From IMG/VR virus record IMGVR_UViG_3300045988_124381: a DNA stretch of 56,455 nucleotides; one strand, 5' to 3'. Below are positions 1 through 7,543 of this stretch, piece by piece; within the stretch, counting starts at the first letter, position 1; each line of letters begins with the position of its first letter. Both the position numbers and the translations under genes were made by a program. A model generated the notes under the pieces. It was given only the letters and a program-made list of their open reading frames with translations, had not been told where the DNA came from and did no database searches. This DNA comes from a virus.

Positions 1-62
1 GGTTTATATCCTTTTTTTTAATCTATAAATCAGAGAAATTAGCTTGTGAAGCAGTGACTAAA
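1..62. repeat. Terminal direct repeat, copy 1 (identical to 56394-56455)
   Basis: ggtttatatcctttttttta...gcagtgactaaa read identically at both window ends. Confidence 0.95.
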
Positions 63-102
63 ATACGCTAATTATCAGTATATTAGCCTTTAACCAAAGA
101 AG

Positions 103-144
103 AGCGGTAAGCGGGACTCGAACCCGTGACCCTTAGCTTGGGAA
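103..144 (-). other. tRNA-Gly(CCC)-like 3-prime segment (anticodon loop to discriminator); candidate attP core
   Basis: Minus strand reads ttcccaa (loop) gctaa gggtc acggg ttcgagt cccgc ttaccgc t. No matching 5-prime half upstream. Lies next to the integrase across the contig junction. Confidence 0.55.
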
Positions 145-233
145 TATTTCTCCAATTTATAGTGTATCTGGTTATAAATTAATTTATTATAAGTGTTCTT
201 CCTTATGTCTAGGATAAGCTTTTGAACATATTT

Positions 234-572
234 TTATTTGAATGCTTTTCCTATTCTATCCCCGGAAACCCATCCGTCACCGAACTGACAGTTCTTGATG
301 TCTACAATATAGACTCCTTTTATCTCCAGTCCTTTACCTTGTGCTTCTTCCAGGTATGTACGTGCATAAGCATCAAAATTTGCTCCAGAATAAGCGTCTA
401 CGGCAAGGATGAGAAAGTTCGCGTCGGTCAGTTCGCCTTTGTAGATTCCTATATCGGCATCCACAAGACTCTGAACGTATCTGTCGGCTTTATCCTTCTG
501 TTCCTGGGATGGCTTGTTCCCTCCGCAGCCAAACAATGATATTGCCAGTATAGTCAGCAGTATTTTCTTCAT
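234..572 (-). CDS. Small lipoprotein, function unknown
   Basis: N-terminus MKKILLTILAISLFGCGG, signal peptide plus lipobox Cys; last gene of the repressor operon. Confidence 0.7.
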   Translation of the reverse strand: MKKILLTILAISLFGCGGNKPSQEQKDKADRYVQSLVDADIGIYKGELTDANFLILAVDAYSGANFDAYARTYLEEAQGKGLEIKGVYIVDIKNCQFGDGWVSGDRIGKAFK

Positions 573-602
573 GGATTTAGATAGTTAGTTTGTTCTTTTC
601 GA

Positions 603-1544
603 TTAAACTTCTAGGGATGATATAAATGCTTCAGATGTTTGTTTGTCAGAAATAGTCAGCTTTTGATATTCAGACACGGCTTGTTCAATAAACCCTCGTT
701 TCTTCAAAACCTTGAGTTTGGGTATAAGAGATGCGACCTTATCAGCATCGACTGATGACATTTGTTTATGCACATTGAGGCAAAAATCAATCGCTGACTG
801 CAAATCTTCCAATCCTGTTTCTTCCATATAGAATTTACATGCTTCTGGTACACGGTTCAATCTTATGAATTTAGATATTATATACTGCATGGAATCATTG
901 GGGTCAAAATCAATATCATCATAGGACACAGCCTGTAGCTGATATTCATCAATTTTTTCTATATCATCAATCGAGCACCCAGTACGATTCTTTAAAAGCT
1001 CCTTAGCTTCGTTTATTCTTTCCTCACGCAAAAGCTCTTCCCTCTCCTTTTCCTTCTGCTCTTGGCAAATGCCTTTATACTCTTCCGAGATAGGATTTCT
1101 GTGTTGATTCAAAATTCGATTCTTTTCGTAATCAAACTCTTCCTCCGTCAATATTCCTTTCTCTTTATAGTCGTAAATTTTTTCAAGTAAGTCATACAGA
1201 AAGTATCTGTCTTGAGTAGTTTTCTCCAATGTAATAGCAGTCCCAGATGCGGAAACCATAAACATGGATTTGCCACCGCCAGAAACTTCGTCAAAATCCA
1301 CATGTAAACCGACGATTGCATCTGCATGATAACTTTCAGCCTTTCCAGTCAGTTCCTTCATTACTTCATCGTAAATTGTAGTCAATTTACTCTTGTAGCT
1401 TCCAGAACGTCCGCCAAATACATCTGTCAAAGAGGCTGCAATATCGGAAAACAGATTTGTACCTATTACAACATTCGCATTGACTACCCCAAGATATTTT
1501 CTTATTGTATATCCTTCTATACTATTTGTTGTTGTTACTATCAT
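603..1544 (-). CDS. YbjQ/UPF0145 (DUF74) domain fused to a SHOCT-like motif and an acidic helical C-terminal region
   Basis: First ~105 aa align by eye with E. coli YbjQ (GGRSGSY, MFMVSASGTA). LLEKIYDYKEKGILTEEEFDYEKNRIL fits SHOCT. Start lies 1 nt after the CI stop. Confidence 0.8.
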   Translation of the reverse strand: MIVTTTNSIEGYTIRKYLGVVNANVVIGTNLFSDIAASLTDVFGGRSGSYKSKLTTIYDEVMKELTGKAESYHADAIVGLHVDFDEVSGGGKSMFMVSASGTAITLEKTTQDRYFLYDLLEKIYDYKEKGILTEEEFDYEKNRILNQHRNPISEEYKGICQEQKEKEREELLREERINEAKELLKNRTGCSIDDIEKIDEYQLQAVSYDDIDFDPNDSMQYIISKFIRLNRVPEACKFYMEETGLEDLQSAIDFCLNVHKQMSSVDADKVASLIPKLKVLKKRGFIEQAVSEYQKLTISDKQTSEAFISSLEV

Positions 1545-1545
1545 G

Positions 1546-2244
1546 TTATTTCATTGTGTTCATTCTAATACTCAATTTTACCAAAGCCATAGCTCTCACA
1601 GAAGATAACGGAAAATCTTTGGGCTGATGGTTTTGATTGTAACTTACCAGTTTTATCCAGTCTTCACCTTTTTCTGAATGCTGGACGTATTTTACAGTTA
1701 AGTATTCATCTCCATCCAGATCTATTGACACAAGGTACATTTCTCCAAAGAAAATATGACTCATTTCTAAAGGTACCTCCTTATATGCTACGATGTCACC
1801 AGATTTAAGTAATGGATACATGGAATCTCCTTTGACATAAACAGCTCCATCGCATTTAGGGATATTTGGAATATTGATTTGTCCAAGGATATTCTGGTCT
1901 TTGTTATCGAAGAGGGATTTCAAGTTTGCAGCAGCTTCAACATCATAAAGGGTTATCAATCCATCTTCCTCTGTTTTTTCTATGCTTTTAGGATGAAATA
2001 TTTGAGTAACTTCCGGTTGATGGCGCAAAGGTGTTCCACGACCTGTTAAGATATAGTCCGTGTTTACTTCATCTCTAACAGAAGATAAGGCTAAAATCAT
2101 ATCCAAAGAGGCCTGTTGCCTACCTGAACGAACCTGAGAAAAAGTAGATTTCTTTATTTCCGATTCGACAAGAAAGTCTTTGTCTTGGGAATAAATGGAA
2201 TCAACCGTTTCTAAAAATCTTTTAGTGACTTCATTTCTTTCCAT
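1546..2244 (-). CDS. CI/LexA-like repressor (HTH plus S24 peptidase)
   Basis: N-terminal HTH-like region; C-terminal GDSMYPLL Ser motif typical of S24 autoproteolytic repressors. Confidence 0.85.
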   Translation of the reverse strand: MERNEVTKRFLETVDSIYSQDKDFLVESEIKKSTFSQVRSGRQQASLDMILALSSVRDEVNTDYILTGRGTPLRHQPEVTQIFHPKSIEKTEEDGLITLYDVEAAANLKSLFDNKDQNILGQINIPNIPKCDGAVYVKGDSMYPLLKSGDIVAYKEVPLEMSHIFFGEMYLVSIDLDGDEYLTVKYVQHSEKGEDWIKLVSYNQNHQPKDFPLSSVRAMALVKLSIRMNTMK

Positions 2245-2256
2245 AAAAAATAAACT

Positions 2257-2291
2257 TTTGTTTGTAGTTTATGAAATATAAACTATCTTTG
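2257..2291 (+). promoter_or_regulatory. Bacteroidetes-type promoter (TTTG-N19-TATCTTTG) with palindromic operator GTTTAT-N5-ATAAAC in the spacer
   Basis: TTTG at 2261-2264, palindrome 2267-2283, -7 box 2284-2291; near-identical copy at 3316-3346. Confidence 0.6.
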
Positions 2292-2361
2292 TACCCGTAA
2301 CAAGTACGAGGTGTTACAGGAACAAATAGGTTAAACATTCCTCCGAGGAGGTTTAATATAT

Positions 2362-2397
2362 GCACCCATGATAGCTCGTACCTATTGTGGGTGTTTT
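2362..2397 (+). terminator. Hairpin plus T-run about 100 nt downstream of the 2257-2291 promoter
   Basis: caccca/tgggtg outer stem, atag/ctat inner stem, followed by tttt. Confidence 0.5.
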
Positions 2398-2467
2398 GAT
2401 AAGCTATTGTAGAGCCTTCATTCTCTTGTTGAATAAGGTTGAAATGATATTCTAAATAAAAAACGAT

Positions 2468-2713
2468 ATGAAAACATTCCACATTATATTATGTATAGCT
2501 GATTTAATCTCATTTATCGGTTTATTGATAGCTTCAGAGGTCTGGGTAAACATCTTTTTTGTGCTTTTTATATTCACTATGATTATGCTCATTGCATTGG
2601 GAATTATTCTACTGTCTATACCATACGATGAAGACGGTTTCGATTATTCGGATACACTCACAAGTCATCATCCTTTTGTACAGTGGCTGCGAAGGCATCA
2701 CGGAGTAGATTAA
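2468..2713 (+). CDS. Small membrane protein (2 predicted TM segments)
   Basis: Hydrophobic stretches LISFIGLLIASEVWVNIFFVLFIFTMIMLIALGIILL. Confidence 0.45.
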   Translation: MKTFHIILCIADLISFIGLLIASEVWVNIFFVLFIFTMIMLIALGIILLSIPYDEDGFDYSDTLTSHHPFVQWLRRHHGVD

Positions 2714-3249
2714 ACCTTGGTTTCCATATCGTCAAGTATGCTCATAACCTCCTTTTTCTCTTTTATATCAGTAAGTAGTATAATTCTTTTGTATTCAAAT
2801 ACATCGTCTTTAGACAATTTCACAGGATAGTCTTTGTGTATAATCTTGATTTTCATTATAATTTCATCCATTTTGTCCTTGTCAATATTTGTTTTTGTTA
2901 AGCACTCCATACTCTTAAATAGATAATATAACGCAGCTTCGCTATGAGTCTTTCTCTGCTCGTTTACTCCCTGAAAAAAGAATGTGAGGTACATGCTGTG
3001 GTATAGAACATTATTCGAATTTTCCTCAATATCTTTTCTGATTGATTTTTTGATTTCCTTTTTCAATATAAAAGCATTGTAAATCTGGATTGCCATATAA
3101 ATTGTGACAACCAAAGTTAATACTGCTATAGATAAACTTGCCCCATCGCTACTATAAGGCTTTATATCCATTTTGCAAAGCCATAAGGTTGTAACGCTTA
3201 TTGCTATTGAGGCTATGCCTAATCCTAACGCCAAATTATCTTTCTTCAT
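2710..3249 (-). CDS. Membrane protein, N-terminal 2 TM plus soluble C-terminal domain, unknown function
   Basis: Visibly AT-rich ORF between the two operator copies; N-terminal hydrophobic helices. Confidence 0.5.
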   Translation of the reverse strand: MKKDNLALGLGIASIAISVTTLWLCKMDIKPYSSDGASLSIAVLTLVVTIYMAIQIYNAFILKKEIKKSIRKDIEENSNNVLYHSMYLTFFFQGVNEQRKTHSEAALYYLFKSMECLTKTNIDKDKMDEIIMKIKIIHKDYPVKLSKDDVFEYKRIILLTDIKEKKEVMSILDDMETKV

Positions 3250-3315
3250 ATAATAATGTATTAAGGTTCTTAATAGTTAAATAATGTTTATAGTCTATAT
3301 TTTATGAACTATTTC

Positions 3316-3346
3316 TTTGTGGTTTATAAAATATAAACTACATTTG
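3316..3346 (+). promoter_or_regulatory. Early rightward promoter (TTTG-N19-TACATTTG) with the same palindromic operator
   Basis: TTTG 3316-3319, GTTTATAAAATATAAAC 3322-3338, -7 box 3339-3346, 60 nt upstream of ATG 3406. Confidence 0.65.
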
Positions 3347-3405
3347 CATATCGAAACTAAGATACGAAACAAATATAGTAAAAACCTACTAAAAAGCACA
3401 CGATT

Positions 3406-3726
3406 ATGAAAAGAAATGTATTGCACGAGATTATGAGCCTTGCATGGCAATTTGTAAAACGCAATGGATTTACAATGAGTGAAGCGCTCAAATGCGCTTG
3501 GGCAAACATGAAGCTGAAGGCTGCCATGAAGCAAAAAATAGTAAAGTTCTACTTCAAGAAAGTTGACGGTTCTGTACGCGAAGCATACGGTACACTGAAA
3601 GAAAACCTGATACCAGCAACCAGCGGTGACAACAGAAAGAAGAATGACACCGTTCAGGTGTATTTCGATACAGAGAAACAAGAATACAGATGCTTTAAGA
3701 AAGCTAACCTTTTAAATATCGCATGA
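3406..3726 (+). CDS. SH3-like beta-barrel protein (DUF2693/WYL_2-like)
   Basis: VKFYFKKVDGSVREAYGTL resembles the signature of this family; first gene after the operator. Confidence 0.45.
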   Translation: MKRNVLHEIMSLAWQFVKRNGFTMSEALKCAWANMKLKAAMKQKIVKFYFKKVDGSVREAYGTLKENLIPATSGDNRKKNDTVQVYFDTEKQEYRCFKKANLLNIA

Positions 3727-3974
3727 CTATGAGAGCAACAGAAGTCAGTAACAAGTTAGATGAACTCTACAGAGAGTTAGAATCTGTTAGAGGCATGTCA
3801 GAATCAGAAGTTTGCAGCAAATACAATGCAGACTGCAAGCAAGACATTGAAGATATTATCGAAGAAGAAATAGAGGCGTTGAAGTCTTACGATTGCGATG
3901 ATTACAGCGAAGATGACGGTATGGACTACATCAACCTGCAACAGTCACAAGGATTGCCTGTAATATGCTGGTAA
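3723..3974 (+). CDS. Acidic hypothetical protein
   Basis: Start overlaps the upstream stop; no recognisable motif. Confidence 0.45.
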   Translation: MTMRATEVSNKLDELYRELESVRGMSESEVCSKYNADCKQDIEDIIEEEIEALKSYDCDDYSEDDGMDYINLQQSQGLPVICW

Positions 3975-4349
3975 CAAATATACCCTGCTGACGGACTGAA
4001 CGGCAACCGATAGCGAGAATCGGGCAGGGTTCTACTTGATTGGTTCTTTGACATGATGGAAATTTTAGGCTTACCGTTAAGCCTGACGTGAAACGGACGA
4101 CTGAGTAGCGATAACGGCTGGGTGAAAAGAGTATGAGTAATGGACTGCACTAAGCAAACGCAGCATACGAATCACACAGATAACAAAAACGACTTATACG
4201 ATTGCAGGTGGCCGTAGGCCGGCTACAAAGACAATCTTCACTGATTAGACACCAGCAAGAACTATATATCCCGTGGCTTATCAAAGGTTTGGTAAGCAGT
4301 AAGGCAACCACCGGAACGCCCACGGGGACGAATTTTAAAACGCACGATT

Positions 4350-4520
4350 ATGAAAAAACTTCTTTTTCTCTGTGCATTGTCTGTACTGGTGATGCACTTC
4401 AATCAAGACCTTTCACCTCTGTATTGGGTTGGTCTTATTGGATTTACATTAACAAGTATATTAATTGCAAAAAGATTAGATGATGAACGAGCTGCAAGAA
4501 ATAATAAAAAGCATCTGTGA
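4350..4520 (+). CDS. Small membrane protein (56 aa), below the ORF-track cutoff
   Basis: Hand translation MKKLLFLCALSVLVMHFNQDLSPLYWVGLIGFTLTSILIAKRL...; ATG lies within a CACGATTATG copy. Confidence 0.45.
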   Translation: MKKLLFLCALSVLVMHFNQDLSPLYWVGLIGFTLTSILIAKRLDDERAARNNKKHL

Positions 4521-4653
4521 TGACTTCGCAGACATCAATGCTATACTGGCAGCTCGTTCTCGTGAGCTTGACAGAAGAATTGCTTTTGATGAAGAGATAA
4601 GTGAACAGATTAATTCAATATTAAAATCAAGGAAAGATGAAAAAAGGAGATAA
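4480..4653 (+). CDS. Small hypothetical protein (57 aa)
   Basis: Hand translation MMNELQEIIKSICDDFADINAILAARSRELDRRIAFDEE...; overlaps both neighbours. Confidence 0.4.
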   Translation: MMNELQEIIKSICDDFADINAILAARSRELDRRIAFDEEISEQINSILKSRKDEKRR

Positions 4654-4783
4654 GGTTAAGACATGGGTTTCAACACAGATTGGAACGGTCAAAAAGGTAT
4701 TAAGCAATGGTAGGGTTGTAGTCGTATTCAAAGGCTCTAAAGTAGAATATGAGCTTGATCCTTTTATGGTGAAATTGGTATAG
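4637..4783 (+). CDS. Small hypothetical protein (48 aa)
   Basis: Hand translation MKKGDKVKTWVSTQIGTVKKVLSNGRVVVVFKGSKVEYELDPFMVKLV. Confidence 0.4.
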   Translation: MKKGDKVKTWVSTQIGTVKKVLSNGRVVVVFKGSKVEYELDPFMVKLV

Positions 4784-4813
4784 TCATACTTTTAAAAAAT
4801 AGTGAATGGGTAA

Positions 4814-4842
4814 GTGTCGGGCTGTGAGGTTCGGCACTTTTT
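4814..4842 (+). terminator. Rho-independent terminator-like hairpin
   Basis: 9-bp stem including G-U pairs (gtgtcgggc/gttcggcac), 6-nt loop, ttttt. Confidence 0.55.
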
Positions 4843-4844
4843 AT

Positions 4845-4920
4845 TGGCAGATAGTTCAGGCGGTAGAACACCATGTATGGGTTAGCATGGAAGTCACGGG
4901 TTCAAGTCCCGTTCTGTCAG
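4845..4920 (+). tRNA. tRNA-like gene with canonical acceptor, D and T arms but an enlarged anticodon loop (8-10 nt); isotype undetermined
   Basis: tggcaga ta gttc aggcggta gaac a ccatg tatgggttag catgg aagtc acggg ttcaagt cccgt tctgtca g; U1:A72 and G73. Confidence 0.6.
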
Positions 4921-4942
4921 CAAACAATCAAATACTAAAACT

Positions 4943-5185
4943 ATGGTAAGAGAAATTACAGTAGACGAAAACTACCAGACAGTACGGCTGTTTGACGCAA
5001 TGAAGAAAGGGGACATCTACAAGGTTCCCTACGACAAGAAACGGCATAACGGAATCAAGCTGGAAGCCTCACGCCGCAATCGTGACCTCCGGCTGATCGG
5101 GATCTTAAAGAATAAAATGGACGTGAAGTACAGGGTATCGGCAACAGAATATCCGGGCTTCTCAGCAATTATCTGCTTAAAATAA
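4943..5185 (+). CDS. Hypothetical protein
   Basis: ORF in a same-strand array; no recognisable motif. Confidence 0.45.
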   Translation: MVREITVDENYQTVRLFDAMKKGDIYKVPYDKKRHNGIKLEASRRNRDLRLIGILKNKMDVKYRVSATEYPGFSAIICLK

Positions 5186-5191
5186 ACGCTT

Positions 5192-5398
5192 ATGATAAAT
5201 GAGGAAGTTTTGAAGATTGTTTTGAATGACAAGACTTTTGGGCGTGACACCGCTGCTGATATTGTAGGCGGTCTGTCACGATTGAGAGAGTTGGTAGGGC
5301 AAGGGCTTGTAAGGGCAGAAAAGCCTAGCAACAAGCAAAACGGAAAGTGGTTTTGCAACGCTTGGGATGTGATTAAACATGCGAAATTGAAATATTAA
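5192..5398 (+). CDS. Hypothetical protein
   Basis: ORF in a same-strand array; no recognisable motif. Confidence 0.45.
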   Translation: MINEEVLKIVLNDKTFGRDTAADIVGGLSRLRELVGQGLVRAEKPSNKQNGKWFCNAWDVIKHAKLKY

Positions 5399-5414
5399 TT
5401 TAAAAAATCATATT

Positions 5415-6350
5415 ATGAGTTTGATTAAGAAATCTAATGAATTGGTAATTCCTTCCACCGTTAAGATGATGATTTACGGTCAGGCAGGTATGGGTAAGAC
5501 AACAGTAGCTTTGAGTGCACCTAAACCATTATTACTCGACTTTGATAATGGTGTGAAACGTGTAAATATGGCTCATCTTGACGGTATAGACATCGTTCAG
5601 GTAAGTTCATGGCAGGATGTTCAACAAGTATTACAGGAAGATCTTTCGTCTTATCAGACAATCGTAGTGGACACTATCGGTAAGATGATGGATTTTATTA
5701 TCTCTTATAAATGTGGAACTAGGCAGCCGCAAATTAAGGATTGGGGCGGCATCAACGCTGAGTTCTCATGGATGACACGCACTCTTTCATCATTGAATAA
5801 GAATGTAGTGTTTGTAGCTCATAGGGATACACGAAAAGAGGGGGACGATACGGTATTTATCCCTGCTTTGCGAGAGAAATCCTATAATTCTATTGTGACA
5901 GAACTCGATTTGCTTGGGTATTTGGAAATGCGTAACGAAAACGGCGTGCAGAAGCGTACAATCACGTTTGATCCGACATCAAGGAACGACGGTAAGAATA
6001 CCTGTAACCTGCCCGGATTGATGCAGGTTCCAACGATACTTGACCGAAACGGAAATCCAACTGCCAAAAATGACTTCATTACCTCAAAGGTGATTGTACC
6101 CTATCTTAACATGTTGCAGGTAAAGAAAGAAGAAGCTGCAAAGTATGATAAGGTGATTGCTGAAATCAGGGAGAACATTGAACTTATTACTGATGCCAAT
6201 TCTGCAAATGAGTTTGCGTCAAGAATTAATGAGTTTGAGCATGTAGGCAGTTCCTTGAATATGGCCAGAAATCTGTTTTCAGCAAAAGTAAAAGCTCTCG
6301 GGCTGGTATTCGACAAAGAGACAAAGACCTATGCAGACAAAGCAGCCTAA
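5415..6350 (+). CDS. AAA_24 / Sak4-like RecA-fold ATPase
   Basis: Walker A MMIYGQAGMGKTT, Walker B-like IVVDTIG; sits upstream of nuclease and SSB as in phage recombination modules. Confidence 0.75.
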   Translation: MSLIKKSNELVIPSTVKMMIYGQAGMGKTTVALSAPKPLLLDFDNGVKRVNMAHLDGIDIVQVSSWQDVQQVLQEDLSSYQTIVVDTIGKMMDFIISYKCGTRQPQIKDWGGINAEFSWMTRTLSSLNKNVVFVAHRDTRKEGDDTVFIPALREKSYNSIVTELDLLGYLEMRNENGVQKRTITFDPTSRNDGKNTCNLPGLMQVPTILDRNGNPTAKNDFITSKVIVPYLNMLQVKKEEAAKYDKVIAEIRENIELITDANSANEFASRINEFEHVGSSLNMARNLFSAKVKALGLVFDKETKTYADKAA

Positions 6351-7101
6351 ATTCAAGTTCTATGCTACACTTTTGGATGCCTTTACAAGCTATCTGAAAA
6401 GTGATGCCATTTGGGAAAGGTATTGGGGATTCAGTGAGAATCCCCCACATACCCCCGAAGAGTTCAGACAGCAGCAGTTTCAGAGTCTGATTGACACTAT
6501 AAACCGTATTCCGTTTGATAGTGAAGCAGCCGACAAGGGAACGGCTTTCAATGAGGTGATAGACTGTATGATTGAAAACAGGAGATCAGAAAAGGTACAG
6601 GTGGAAAGACTACTGTCAGACATGCAGGATGGCAGACAAACATTGGTCGGACTGAGAGCCACCTATAAATGCCGTCAGTTCGATTTCCCTATCTCAATCT
6701 GCCGTGAGTTTGCAGACTATTACAAAGGAGCCTTAACCCAGCAACGGGTTGAAGCAGTTTTGCCTACATGTTTCGGAGGAATTCTTCTATATGGTTATAT
6801 AGATGAACTGATGCCGATGTCAGTACATGACATCAAGACTACCGGAAGTTATTATGTAGGTAAGTACAAAGACCACTGGCAGCACATGGTTTATCCATAC
6901 TGTCTGATGCAGGGCGGCAGCGATGTCAGGATGTTCGAGTATAACATCACGGACTTTCGTGCGACCTATACCGAAAGCTATACTTTCGTTCCCGAACGAG
7001 ATATTCCCATCCTCACTAACCATTGTGAGGACTTTATACGGTTCTTGAATGACAACAGAGATTTGATAACCGATAAGAAAATTTTTGCAGAAGATGAGTA
7101 A
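6331..7101 (+). CDS. PD-(D/E)XK (RecB/Cas4-like) nuclease
   Basis: GYIDEL...VHDIKT and QHMVY (QxxxY) motifs. Confidence 0.65.
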   Translation: MQTKQPKFKFYATLLDAFTSYLKSDAIWERYWGFSENPPHTPEEFRQQQFQSLIDTINRIPFDSEAADKGTAFNEVIDCMIENRRSEKVQVERLLSDMQDGRQTLVGLRATYKCRQFDFPISICREFADYYKGALTQQRVEAVLPTCFGGILLYGYIDELMPMSVHDIKTTGSYYVGKYKDHWQHMVYPYCLMQGGSDVRMFEYNITDFRATYTESYTFVPERDIPILTNHCEDFIRFLNDNRDLITDKKIFAEDE

Positions 7102-7540
7102 CCAAGTAACCGGACGGCTGGTTTATATTGGACAGCCCCAAGAAATCCCATCCAAAAGCGGTGGCAACCCGTTTGTGAAGCGTGAGTTTATTCTTGATGC
7201 CACAACCCACGATCCCTATACAGGTGAACGCAGCCAGTACGAGAACATTCTACCTCTTGAAGTAAGCGGTGACAAATGTGCTGAACTAGATAATTATAGG
7301 GTAGGCGATGTGATAACGGTTTCTTTTGCCTTGCAGGGCAGGGAATGGACGAATCAGGACGGACAGGTGAAACGGATGGTGTCCATCCGCTGCTATAAAC
7401 TGGAAGCCCGTCAGCCAATGCGCCAGCCAGCATCCATGCCAGCACAGCAACCGGCACCGATACAAACGCCGACCATGGCACAGGCGTTTCCACCTGATGT
7501 AGATGCTAACGGAAATCCAAAAGACGATTTACCTTTTTAG
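7094..7540 (+). CDS. ssb: Single-stranded DNA-binding protein, DUF3127 type
   Basis: OB-fold-like core, Pro/Gln-rich linker and C-terminal DDLPF tip typical of SSB tails; ATG at 7094 preferred over the TTG at 7085. Confidence 0.65.
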   Translation: MSNQVTGRLVYIGQPQEIPSKSGGNPFVKREFILDATTHDPYTGERSQYENILPLEVSGDKCAELDNYRVGDVITVSFALQGREWTNQDGQVKRMVSIRCYKLEARQPMRQPASMPAQQPAPIQTPTMAQAFPPDVDANGNPKDDLPF

Positions 7541-7543
7541 CCT

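Noticed and set aside
222-539. Plus-strand 105-aa ORF overlapping the lipoprotein gene
   Set aside because: The minus-strand frame has a textbook signal peptide and lipobox and fits the operon. The plus-strand frame has no motifs.
3926-4483. Track ORFs 3926-4150(-) and 4202-4483(+) in the long early gap
   Set aside because: They have no recognisable motifs, and the plus-strand ORF has a non-ATG start. The region is better described as non-coding and structured. The plus-strand ORF also runs through the better-supported small membrane ORF at 4350.
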